64,000 bases of DNA from Ktedonobacteria bacterium (GTDB lineage: Bacteria; Chloroflexota; Ktedonobacteria; Ktedonobacterales; JACDGC01), in NCBI GenBank assembly GCA_027459525.1, contig DAIDIC010000210.1, positions 12,326-76,325 on the forward strand, read 5' to 3'. The notes beneath the pieces are model-generated. The model was given only the letters and a program-made list of their open reading frames with translations. It searched no databases and was not told the DNA's origin. Shown in pieces: positions 9,974 through 19,273 of this stretch (positions are counted from its first letter, which is position 1; every line of letters starts with the position of its first letter). The position numbers were made by a program, and so were the translations under genes.

Positions 9974-10177
9974 CTACGCGCTGGCCTTACGGCGAACACG
10001 CTGCATGCGCTTGTCCTGATGGCGATCAGGCAATGGCAAGAAATGCAGACGAAGGAGGCAAGACGCCACTCCATCCACGAATGCGTCGGGAGCATACCGG
10101 CGCAAAATATTGTACGCCCCATTGACATCCGCATTGAGCAGGGTTCCAGTGGCTAAGCGGAAGACCTTGCAGAGTTT
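9974..10177 (-). pseudogene. tnpB: C-terminal relic of a TnpB (IS200/IS605 or IS607 OrfB-type RNA-guided nuclease) gene
   Basis: Own minus-strand translation: KLCKVFRLATGTLLNADVNGAYNILRRYAPDAFVDGV..., i.e. the characteristic NADVNGAxNILRK...P.AF..G tail of TnpB. Only about 67 codons, no start and no upstream RuvC motifs. Begins immediately after the livK stop. Confidence 0.6.
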
Positions 10178-10182
10178 TCAAA

Positions 10183-11499
10183 CTACAGAGTGCTTGTGTC
10201 AATCTGTGTTTCAAATACCCACTGTTTTGTCTTGGGGTCTGCATAGTAAATGCTATAGAATTTTGAACCTTTGTTGTCACCATTGGAATCAAATGAAATT
10301 GTTCCGGTTACACCATTATAAGTCAAACCAGCAATCTCATCACGCACCGCAGATCGAGTAACAGGTTTGCCGGCGCTGATCAAATCTTTGATAGCAGTAA
10401 TTTCAATCATTGCCGCATCATATGCCATAGCGCTGTATGGAATCGGAGCTGCGCCAAATTTTGCAGTATACTGCTGAACAAATGTTTGAGCAACTGTGTT
10501 GGTTTTTGCAAGTGTGCTGATATCCGGAGCTGCGACTGTGCCAGAAACATTGAACGCATCAGCGCCGCCTTGGGTTATCCACGAAGGATCGTCGGCAATA
10601 CCGTCGCCGCCAACCCATGGGATACTGGAACCGCCGGCTTTATCTACCTGGGCCTTCAGCTGAGGAGCGCCATTAGAGGTAACGCCGCCATAGAAGATAA
10701 CTCCAGGATGCGCATTAACAATATTTTGAGCAAGTGTTGGGAAAGTGCTGGCTTGGCTTAACGAAATGGACTGACGTGTGCCAACAGTTTTGCCGCCGTC
10801 TTGCTGGAAATATTGTGTGAAGAAGTTCGCTAAACCTACGCCATATGCTTCGTTATCATCGATAACAAATGCAGTTGTGGCGTTGATTGGCGCGGATGTC
10901 GCAATTTTTGCGTCCAATTTGCCTTGGTCAATATCATTGCCGCATACACGGAAATAATAATCCGGTTTACCTGCCGGGTGCAGGGTGTTAAAGTCAAATC
11001 CATTCGCCGCAGCATACTGCTGAAGGGTAAGACCAGGATTTGTGTTTGAAGGGCTGATTAATGTCAAACCATAGCGGTTGGCAACCGGAATTTCTGCGCC
11101 GGCAACATTGCTGTTGAACGGCCCAACTACGCCCATAACACTGGCGTTATTTGCCAACGCTACAATATTGTTTGCGCCAGTTGTAGGATCGTGTGTGCCG
11201 GTTGTTGTGCTTACGTCATTTTCACTCAGAAACGTTAATGTATATCCATTTCCCAGATTGGCGTTTTGTGACACGGCTAACTGCACACCATTTTGTGTGG
11301 GAACACCATCACCTGCGTCTGTCCCAGTAACGGGCAACTCGGAAGCGATAATCAGATTCTTAGGTCCGCTGGATCCGCTGTTTGTCGATCCGCCGCACGC
11401 TGCAAGGCTAATAGCCATAACAGCAATCGCTGCAACAGAAAACTGAGCAAATCCGCGCACGAACTTCGAAAATTGCTTTTGCTGCATAACTGCATGCAC
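10183..11499 (-). CDS. livK: Liv-type periplasmic/extracellular substrate-binding lipoprotein
   Basis: Signal peptide with lipobox SLAAC-GGS. Type-1 PBP (LivK/Peripla_BP_6-like) length and composition. AAGGAG upstream. Confidence 0.8.
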   Translation of the reverse strand: MHAVMQQKQFSKFVRGFAQFSVAAIAVMAISLAACGGSTNSGSSGPKNLIIASELPVTGTDAGDGVPTQNGVQLAVSQNANLGNGYTLTFLSENDVSTTTGTHDPTTGANNIVALANNASVMGVVGPFNSNVAGAEIPVANRYGLTLISPSNTNPGLTLQQYAAANGFDFNTLHPAGKPDYYFRVCGNDIDQGKLDAKIATSAPINATTAFVIDDNEAYGVGLANFFTQYFQQDGGKTVGTRQSISLSQASTFPTLAQNIVNAHPGVIFYGGVTSNGAPQLKAQVDKAGGSSIPWVGGDGIADDPSWITQGGADAFNVSGTVAAPDISTLAKTNTVAQTFVQQYTAKFGAAPIPYSAMAYDAAMIEITAIKDLISAGKPVTRSAVRDEIAGLTYNGVTGTISFDSNGDNKGSKFYSIYYADPKTKQWVFETQIDTSTL

Positions 11500-11948
11500 T
11501 CCTTAAGATTAATGTGCATCACAGGAAAACCTTTTTCCTATGAATACACGGCGCTTGATTGAACATAATACAATCAGGCCGCTTATGACTTATATACGCA
11601 ATTTTTCGGCAAAATCACACAAAACTTTAACAAATTTATTGATCACATGGTTAATCAGACTCATTTTTTTGATATATCAGAAAAAACGCCGGCATGAATG
11701 GACCCAAAAATCATCGTTATATCATGCGGATAAAAGCTTTGCAGCAGCGCATTTGCCTGGGTTTGGCTCAATCTTTACTGGGCGCAGGCAAACAGTTTTG
11801 GGGGAAATAATGTTTGGAGATGTTACGCTGAATTTGTTTTAAACCTGTTTTTATAAAGTGGCAAAAGCAACAAAAAAGCCTGCGCAACAAGCGCCATGCT
11901 TTTTGCGTATTCGGATACGTCTCTAAAAATAGCCGCTATTTTAGTTAC

Positions 11949-12341
11949 TCAGTTTGACAACATCTGTTGCTGAGGAGGCTGTCCTTTAAAAATTCGGTTA
12001 TAGTGCTCCCCCACTATCGAAATAGGGAAAACCCTCAACAAGTTAAGGGCAAGCACAGCAATAGCAAGCCAATCAAAGGCTGCGTCGGCAGGTAACCCAA
12101 TTGCCGGGCCTATAAACGGTATAACATTGGCAAATAATTCAACCGCAAGGTCTCCGGAAAACAGCAAGACAATCATGGCAAGAATAGCGCCGACAAAAAA
12201 AATCTTGCGAAAAATTGAAACTCTGCCGTCTTTCATTAACGCGCCAGTCAGACGAAACGTTTTCCCTAAATGAAATATCAACGCAAGGGGATTTGGCTGT
12301 TTAGCCGTCAGTTCTTGGTGTGGATTGGATGGCGCAGACAT
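11949..12341 (-). CDS. Small membrane protein (possibly DUF1232/YkvA-like)
   Basis: 130 aa with two or three hydrophobic helices. The family assignment is weak. Confidence 0.45.
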   Translation of the reverse strand: MSAPSNPHQELTAKQPNPLALIFHLGKTFRLTGALMKDGRVSIFRKIFFVGAILAMIVLLFSGDLAVELFANVIPFIGPAIGLPADAAFDWLAIAVLALNLLRVFPISIVGEHYNRIFKGQPPQQQMLSN

Positions 12342-12766
12342 ATTATTCTCTCCATCAAAAAAATCTGAGTGTAAATCTCTAATAATTAAAAATATAGCGC
12401 TCCGTTAAGTATACCACCAAAACTTTCGCCAGTTATTTCTGATAGGCTATCACTACAAAAAACGCCGAGCAATGTCCTACTACAACAGCCTGCCTGTAAT
12501 ATTGAATACATGAAGGCATACAGAAAAAAACAGATCAAAGGCTTTATCAGAATATAGCATTCCCCCCAAAATAATACAATAGTATGCAGGTATTATAAAC
12601 GATTATGTGCCTTATCTCACACCATAGCAGTGAAATTTGCTCTTAGCGCAATCTGTGGTATATACTGTCCAAGACGGTTTATGAAATTTTCGTTTAGCCT
12701 CATAGTACAATAGCGCGTTTTATTCGCGTTTTCCATGCAATTGAAAGGACCTTTTATTCGGCCGAT

Positions 12767-13225
12767 ATGAAAGTAATTCTCCTAGAAGAAGTTCCCGGTC
12801 TTGGAAAAGCCGGTGAAGTTAAAAATGTCGCAGACGGTTACGCCCGCAATTATCTGTTACCCCGCAATATGGTTACTGCTGCAACCTCAAACGCTCTTTC
12901 CAATCTGCAGGATCGTGTAGCTCTTGAAAATCGCCGCAGAGAAAAATTATTGGCAGATCTTCAAAGCCTTACCGATCGACTAAACAGCGTTTCTTTAAAA
13001 TTTGCCGTTCGTGTTGGGAAAGATAACCAACTGTACGGTTCAGTTACCAATCAAGATATTGCCGACGCGCTCCGCGAACAAGAAAAAATTATTGTGGATC
13101 GCCGCTCCATTACGTTGCGCGAATCCATCCGCAGATTAGGTGAATATAAGGTTCCTGTGCGGTTGGGCAATACTTTTGAACCACAATTAACAGTGGTTAT
13201 TGTTCAAGAGGCCACAACAAAGTAA
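12767..13225 (+). CDS. rplI: 50S ribosomal protein L9
   Basis: MKVILLEEVPGLGKAGEVKNVADGYARNYLLPR is the canonical L9 N-terminus. Confidence 0.95.
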   Translation: MKVILLEEVPGLGKAGEVKNVADGYARNYLLPRNMVTAATSNALSNLQDRVALENRRREKLLADLQSLTDRLNSVSLKFAVRVGKDNQLYGSVTNQDIADALREQEKIIVDRRSITLRESIRRLGEYKVPVRLGNTFEPQLTVVIVQEATTK

Positions 13226-13239
13226 GCGTTGGCTGTGTT

Positions 13240-13923
13240 TCATCGCGCAATCTGTGGAATAGTGTGATGGAAATATGAGGCAATTAATGCCGCAACACGA
13301 ACTTCATATCCTTTCATAAGGTGTTCGGCGCGCGGCACAGTTGTTTGTGTTTTTTGAGATGGATTTTGTTGTATCCACTGCTCTAATTTATATGGCGGGC
13401 ACACCTCGTCATTTTCCCCAGATAGCAGCAAGCAGGGGATAGCAATTTGCCTTGCCAATGATTGCTGCAGCCGAAATATCGGCGGGCTGACGGCCGCCAC
13501 AGCCGCTACAGATGGATCTGCTGCGGCGTATACTAACGCCACAGCGGCGCCAAACGCATGCCCGGCAATAGCTACTTTGGAAGAATCTACCTGCGGCTGT
13601 GAACGCAACCATAACACCGCCGCAGCAATATCAAATAACTCCAGACGGCCATCAGTATATGCGCCTCCGCTAGGCGGCGCGCCCCGAAAGTTAAATCGAA
13701 GCACAGACCAGCCGGCTTTCACCAACTCGCGCTGTAACGCCTGCGTCAGCGGATCATTCATATCATTTACCAGCGGTTGCGGGTGGCATAACACTACTGC
13801 TGGGCCGGAAACAGCCGCGCTTGTTTGCGATGCGCCATTTGCAGGGGTCCATTCACCCGCCAGCCGAACACCATTGGGATCGAGAGATGTAAAAAAAACT
13901 TGCTGCGACTGTATCGCTGACAT
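13240..13923 (-). CDS. Alpha/beta-fold hydrolase (COG2945-like) with the nucleophile Ser replaced by Ala
   Basis: LCHPQP...LRFNFRG...IAGHAFGAAVA, where relatives have GFSFGA. Start placed at ATG 13923 (AGGTG upstream) rather than TTG 13944. Confidence 0.65.
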   Translation of the reverse strand: MSAIQSQQVFFTSLDPNGVRLAGEWTPANGASQTSAAVSGPAVVLCHPQPLVNDMNDPLTQALQRELVKAGWSVLRFNFRGAPPSGGAYTDGRLELFDIAAAVLWLRSQPQVDSSKVAIAGHAFGAAVALVYAAADPSVAAVAAVSPPIFRLQQSLARQIAIPCLLLSGENDEVCPPYKLEQWIQQNPSQKTQTTVPRAEHLMKGYEVRVAALIASYFHHTIPQIAR

Positions 13924-14218
13924 ATCAATGCACCTGCCGCACAAAAATTATGCTATAAAATTGCGCTATTCCATACAATAAACTTATTGGCAGCAATCTC
14001 AATTGCAATTATCTTTGCTGCCGGCGCAGTATTTTTCCGCAACATTGCGAAAGATTAAAAAGAAAACACTAGCCTATATTGTACCTCATATTCCGCCAAT
14101 CTGATCGCCTGTTTTGCCAAGAATAGCCGGCAAAGTAGAGATTCAACTGGTATTCTTGCAAAATTAGGATAGCGCATAGAAAATCAAGGTAAACTCTCAA
14201 ATTTTGTTTCATGAGACA

Positions 14219-14249
14219 TAAAAAACAGCCTGTTCTGCATTGAACAGGC
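14219..14249 (-). terminator. Rho-independent terminator of the 14449-14844 gene
   Basis: Minus strand reads GCCTGTTC-AATGCA-GAACAGGC followed by TGTTTTTTA. Confidence 0.65.
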
Positions 14250-14448
14250 CTAAATTAGATATTTACCGGCAAATACAGCTGCTTGCTGTGTATGTGTTTG
14301 ATAAACTTCAGCAAAATATTTCATACATAGTGTATAGTTCTCAGATGATCCCGTAAAGACGCGGCCCCTTTAAGATATGTACATGCAAGGGATTGTATCG
14401 GACAATGAGAACCAAAAATCCACTATGGCTTTTCGCTTATGCGGAATA

Positions 14449-14844
14449 TTAATTCGCTGGCTTCGGAGGCGGTCTCTCCATTTGTGCGTTGCCGGTAGTT
14501 TTGTTATATACCGCAGCAATATCTGTATGCATTGTTGAAAGTGGGTTTTGTTCACCAATCATAAAATGCAGCAAAAGCATTTCGCGCTGAGGATTTCGCA
14601 ATAGACCGCGATTTTTTCGGTAGTTATCATGCCCATCTGCGATAATTTGTTTTTGCGCCTCGCCGCCGGCGCCGGTGTCTTTCGATTTAATTTTTATCTG
14701 ACGATTATAATTTTTAACATATTTAGACTGCATTTGCTGCTCAACAGCTTGTGTTCGTGAAATCAGCATCGGTTCCTGAATCGTGCCTTCTCCTGCCCGG
14801 TATTGTGTAAACCCCGATAACTCTGAGCTTTTGACTGGATTCAT
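14449..14844 (-). CDS. Hypothetical protein (131 aa, Q/K/N-rich)
   Basis: ORF with AGAGG upstream of the ATG and its own terminator. No family recognised. Confidence 0.5.
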   Translation of the reverse strand: MNPVKSSELSGFTQYRAGEGTIQEPMLISRTQAVEQQMQSKYVKNYNRQIKIKSKDTGAGGEAQKQIIADGHDNYRKNRGLLRNPQREMLLLHFMIGEQNPLSTMHTDIAAVYNKTTGNAQMERPPPKPAN

Positions 14845-15237
14845 ATACCAAACCTCTTTTCGTTAACACTCTTCATCAAACTTCGACCTGCGGATACCTC
14901 TAACTTCAGTTATAGGGAGGAAGCAGATCTTCCTTATATATTTGTCTGTTAAAGTTTTTCTTCCGGTAGTTGTATTCCGGATGTCTTGTATACATACATC
15001 GACAGGTTTACACAAGCCAATACAGCCCAAAAGTCCTTAATATCGCCATCCAAAGGTACTGAGCATAGTTATACAATATATTTGCTGTCACATCCTATAA
15101 AATAGTTCAACAGCTGAATATTGACCGCAAAAAATCTTGTAGACACAAAAAGAATCTGTTACAATACGATCGAGACAGCAGTTTTCCGATTTTGCGGTTC
15201 ACCAAAACCGCTCAACGGAATATCCGGGAGGAAGAAA

Positions 15238-15381
15238 ATGGCGCAGCAGCCTGCTCAAAAACAATTCCATAAAATCAGCGTTTTGGAATACATTTTAATC
15301 GTTGCCATCATCGCCGTATTTTGCGCCGGTGTATTTATTGTTATATATCCATCAATTTCCAACATCATCTCTGTTTTTTAG
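15238..15381 (+). CDS. flp: Flp-family type IVb pilin (47 aa)
   Basis: GGGAGGAAGAAAATG RBS. MAQQPAQKQFHKISVLEYILIVAIIAVFCAG... has the Flp EY + hydrophobic core, but K instead of G at the usual G/XXXXEY cleavage position. Lies directly upstream of the tad genes. Confidence 0.7.
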   Translation: MAQQPAQKQFHKISVLEYILIVAIIAVFCAGVFIVIYPSISNIISVF

Positions 15382-15651
15382 GTCATTGACAAAAACGTAG
15401 CCACTCGCTTGTTCACTGCGCACACATAGCATCCTGCGCCAATAAAGTGAAATCTGGAAACATCCAGGCCTCAATCTCCGCGCAAAGGGCCAACAATGTA
15501 TGCATTTTTGATGCAGTGCAGCAAGCGAGTGTTTTTGTCTGTATATATTGTTTATTTCAATGCAATTCTTTGGATTTAAACCCATAAATATGGAGTTCCG
15601 CACCGTCTCTTCTCAACATTTCCTCATACATCTCCGCCAAAAACATATTTT

Positions 15652-15788
15652 CAGGACTTTCGCTGCAGCATGGAACATCGGGGATGTACAAGGGGCGCCG
15701 CCTCTTGTACGGGGTTCTGGGGTGTCCCCAGACCTTCCTTTGCTGCAGATGCAAGAACCATGCGCTGCTCTTTCAAGCGAATGTCCTA
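15652..15788 (-). mobile_element. MITE-like structured repeat, copy 3 (reverse)
   Basis: Reverse complement of the consensus. Perfect 5-bp direct repeat ATTTT (15647-15651 / 15789-15793). Lies between flp and cpaB. Confidence 0.9.
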
Positions 15789-15874
15789 ATTTTATTGAAA
15801 CAATTTCGGTAAAATGGACTGATTCTTGCTGAATAGCTATTAGTATTTTCATCGTACAGTAAGGAAAACCAAAC

Positions 15875-16651
15875 ATGGACGCATCATCTTCGCGCAAAGC
15901 CCCAACCGGAGCATTTTTTATCATTTTAGGGATAATATTTGCGTTACTTGTTGGGATTATCATTCTAAAACTATCAGAAAATTTAGGAAAAAATAACGCA
16001 AATATCAGTATGACGCAAGTAATAACGGCAACCACAAATTTAAGCACAGGCATGGTGCTTTCTTCTAACCAAAGCGCTGCGCCCTACATCCTTATTTCTG
16101 CCGCCGTTCATGTTACTTCCATACCTCAAAGTTCTTTGCCGCCAAATGCGCTAATCTACACATCACAACAGCAATTAAACGATGCGCTGAATAATATGGT
16201 TGTGCAAAATACCATTCTCAATGGATCCATCTTACGGCAAAATGATCCTCGGCTCAGTCACTCCGGCGGACCTGCCGCAAGTTTAGCCAACAAAGATCCC
16301 TCCGATCTTCCTGCCGGAGATGTGCTGGTCGTTTTGCCGCTTACTTCACCGGCTATGCAAATCGGCGCAGTGCAGGGGGACCACATAGATATACTGGCAA
16401 CTGCGTGTATCGGTTCATCAGGCTCAGGCTCATGTCAAGTTGCGCAAACAACGCTGCAAAACGTGTATGTATACGCGGTTCCAGATTCGCAAACGCTCAT
16501 TGTTGCCTTAAGTCATCAAGACGCGCTGAATTTAAAAATACTCATTGAAACAACAAAAATCTCCATTGCGCTGCGCAAACCGGATGATACGGGACATATA
16601 TCAACAACGCCGGTTTCACCACAAACCATCTATAGTTTATTTGGATTTTAA
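15875..16651 (+). CDS. cpaB: Flp pilus assembly protein CpaB/RcpC-like
   Basis: N-terminal TM anchor followed by a CpaB-like domain. Position in the tad cluster. Confidence 0.7.
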   Translation: MDASSSRKAPTGAFFIILGIIFALLVGIIILKLSENLGKNNANISMTQVITATTNLSTGMVLSSNQSAAPYILISAAVHVTSIPQSSLPPNALIYTSQQQLNDALNNMVVQNTILNGSILRQNDPRLSHSGGPAASLANKDPSDLPAGDVLVVLPLTSPAMQIGAVQGDHIDILATACIGSSGSGSCQVAQTTLQNVYVYAVPDSQTLIVALSHQDALNLKILIETTKISIALRKPDDTGHISTTPVSPQTIYSLFGF

Positions 16652-16671
16652 AGGAAAGGAACATCAAAGCA

Positions 16672-17823
16672 ATGTCTGGATTTTTCAAAAATGACCCTAA
16701 AATACGTGTGGTAATTGCCCATTCATCGCAAAATTCTGCGCTATATTTGCGCAAAATTGTAGAATCTAAACCGCAGTTGCGCGTTATTGCGGTTACCGTA
16801 TCAGCAGATGAATTAGTCGAAATTTGCAGAGACGGCAATCCGCAATTGGTAATAATGAATCAGCGGCTGGCAGATTGCAATAATGTTTTAGATACATCAT
16901 TGATTATGGATTTAGCGGTTCCTGTAATCCTTTTCACAGGGCATAGCTATGATGAGCTTTGGAAAGAAGCAATGCAACGCGGCGCACGTTATGTGCTGTT
17001 AGAGCCGATTAATTCTAAAGAATTGCACGCCAATATCACCCAGATTATTAACTCCACTGCCGCTGTGACATTACCTGCCCCCGAGCCGCAAAAAACTGAC
17101 GGCGCGCTGATTGCCGTGTGCGGCGCAAAAGGTGGCAGTGGATGCAGCGTTACTGCGGTAAATTTAGCGATTGCCCTGCAAGCTGATCATAAAAAAACTG
17201 CGTTGATCGATCTGGCGTTTGACACCGGCGACGATCACATTTTATTGAATTTAATGCCGCAGCAAACCATCGTTTCTTTATGCAATGAACCCGAGCTTGA
17301 CCAAGAAACAATTATCTACAACTCTGCAGAACATTCTTCGGGAATGCGCTTCTTCCGTGCGCCAGATTATATAGGAGAGGCGATGCAAATTCACGCTGAA
17401 GATTTACGCAGAATTCTTGTAGAAATGAGTGAGCATTTTGATTATATTATCGCCGATATCGGTTACCCAAACAACAGTTTAGCCTTAACCGCGCTGGAAC
17501 GAGCAGACGCCGTTTTGCTGCTGATGTCGCTCAACATAACATCAATCGGCCGAGCTACTAAAATGTTGCGATTCTTCAATGAAAACCAAATTCCTCAAGA
17601 AAAAATTTTTATTGTCAATACCGAGTTTAACAACAATAAACAGTTTAAACCGCGTCATCTGGAAAATTATACCGGAAAACAGATTTTTGCCGCGATTCCG
17701 GCAAATGAATCAGTCGTTGAAGAATCAATCATTAACGGTATGCCTTTTATTCTCAATAAAAAGCGAGAATCTGTCAGCAAAGCAATTTTTGATATTGCCC
17801 ATAAACTGGCTGCACGCCGTTGA
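16672..17823 (+). CDS. cpaE: TadZ/CpaE-like ParA/MinD-type ATPase with an atypical receiver domain
   Basis: Deviant Walker A CGAKGGSGCS. The N-terminal REC-like domain lacks acidic pocket residues (VVIAHSS, VIMNQ). Confidence 0.8.
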   Translation: MSGFFKNDPKIRVVIAHSSQNSALYLRKIVESKPQLRVIAVTVSADELVEICRDGNPQLVIMNQRLADCNNVLDTSLIMDLAVPVILFTGHSYDELWKEAMQRGARYVLLEPINSKELHANITQIINSTAAVTLPAPEPQKTDGALIAVCGAKGGSGCSVTAVNLAIALQADHKKTALIDLAFDTGDDHILLNLMPQQTIVSLCNEPELDQETIIYNSAEHSSGMRFFRAPDYIGEAMQIHAEDLRRILVEMSEHFDYIIADIGYPNNSLALTALERADAVLLLMSLNITSIGRATKMLRFFNENQIPQEKIFIVNTEFNNNKQFKPRHLENYTGKQIFAAIPANESVVEESIINGMPFILNKKRESVSKAIFDIAHKLAARR

Positions 17824-17884
17824 ATAAAAACCCGGTAATCTGATTGATTACTGAGTATGATTTTCCGCACAAAAGGATTTTACA

Positions 17885-19267
17885 ATGAATGACGACCGAG
17901 ACGAAGTAAATCGTAGCATATATTCTAGGAATTCCGGAAAAAATGTCACCGAAAATACAAAACTCACCGGCAAATCTACTGGACACGAAGATAAGCAGTA
18001 TGAATTTCAAAAGAGAATTTTGATGGCGTTAAGCAATGAACTGCGCGTCAATAAAATTGATCTGCTTACATATCCTAAAGAAAAGATTCGGCAAATGCTG
18101 GAAAGTTATTTGGACCGTATCATTACAAATGAGCTGAATACGAGTTTTCAAACAATGAATCGCGGGGAACGAAAAGCGCTCATCGATCAGTGTCTTGATG
18201 ACACGCTAGGCAACGGACCTATTGAATCCCTCCTTCGTGATGACAGCATAACTGAAATTATGATCAATGGTCCGTTTGATGTTCGTGTGGAACAACACGG
18301 CCTGCAAAAAAAAACAGCCATAAAATTTTATAATGAACAGCACCTTATGAACTATATTGAACGGGTAGTTTCACGTTCCGGCCGGCATATCGATGAAGCT
18401 AACCCAATGGTAGACGCCCGTTTAGAGAACGGCTCGCGTGTACATATCGTCATTCCGCCGGTATCACTAAACGGGCCTCATGTAACCATTCGAAAGTTTA
18501 CCAAAGCAATCTTACATCCCGAAAAACTCATTGAAAACGGTTCGGTAACCCCTCCGGTCATGCATTTTTTAGAAGCTTGCGTACAGGCGCAGTTGAACAT
18601 TATTGTTTCCGGCGGCACAAATTCCGGCAAAACGACATTGTTAAATGTGCTTTCGGCGTTTGTACAGCCGGAACAGCGCATTATCACGATTGAAGATTCC
18701 GCAGAATTGCAGTTGCAGCAAGAGCATGTTGTAAAACTTGAGTGCCGGCATGCTTCAATTGAAGGCAAAAATGAAATTACAACAAGAGATTTGGTCCGCA
18801 CATCTCTCCGAATGAATCCAACACGCATCATCGTTGGCGAATGCCGCGGCGGCGAGGCGCTGGATATGCTTCAAGCAATGAACACTGGGCACGATGGATC
18901 GATGACGACAATACACGCCAACAGCCCGCAAGACGTTATCAGTCGATTGGAAACATTGGTTCTTATGGCAGGGTACGAATTGCCGACACGCGCAATCCGT
19001 GACCAAATTGCCAGCGCAGTGCATCTGATTGTGCATACGGCGCACTTTATCGACGGTAAACGACGAATTCAAAATGTTTCTGAAATTCGGCGCACCGGTT
19101 CGGGTAACATTGAGGTGGTTGATATCTTTACGTTCGATCAAACCGGATTTACTGCAAACAACACCATTCACGGAAGATTAATTGCAAATAATATCATCCC
19201 AAGATTTCTGCCAAATTTGCATAAAGCCGGATTTACGTTTCCTCAAAATTTCTTTGAAAAGGCATAA
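17885..19267 (+). CDS. cpaF: Tad secretion ATPase CpaF/TadA
   Basis: Walker A GGTNSGKTTLLN, IITIEDSAELQL, RIIVGECRGGEALDMLQAMNTGHDGSMTTIHAN (T2SSE family). Confidence 0.95.
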   Translation: MNDDRDEVNRSIYSRNSGKNVTENTKLTGKSTGHEDKQYEFQKRILMALSNELRVNKIDLLTYPKEKIRQMLESYLDRIITNELNTSFQTMNRGERKALIDQCLDDTLGNGPIESLLRDDSITEIMINGPFDVRVEQHGLQKKTAIKFYNEQHLMNYIERVVSRSGRHIDEANPMVDARLENGSRVHIVIPPVSLNGPHVTIRKFTKAILHPEKLIENGSVTPPVMHFLEACVQAQLNIIVSGGTNSGKTTLLNVLSAFVQPEQRIITIEDSAELQLQQEHVVKLECRHASIEGKNEITTRDLVRTSLRMNPTRIIVGECRGGEALDMLQAMNTGHDGSMTTIHANSPQDVISRLETLVLMAGYELPTRAIRDQIASAVHLIVHTAHFIDGKRRIQNVSEIRRTGSGNIEVVDIFTFDQTGFTANNTIHGRLIANNIIPRFLPNLHKAGFTFPQNFFEKA

Positions 19268-19273
19268 AGGCAA

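Noticed and set aside
9922-10361. Small ORFs on both strands between livK and livH (9922-10125, 9943-10134, 10026-10292, 10110-10361).
   Set aside because: They overlap the TnpB relic and the livK 3' end in wrong frames. Only the minus-strand frame giving NADVNGAYNILRR is meaningful, and it is a fragment.
11540-11842. 100-aa plus-strand ORF in the livK upstream region.
   Set aside because: No RBS and a low-complexity, AT-rich translation. The region is more plausibly the livK promoter and leader.
14860-15037. Possible ancient, highly decayed MITE copy (ends ...CTTGTATACATACATCGACAGG...CCCAAAAGTCCT; AGGGAGG internally).
   Set aside because: Only patchy short matches, no left terminus and no flanking duplication. 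Too weak to call by eye.
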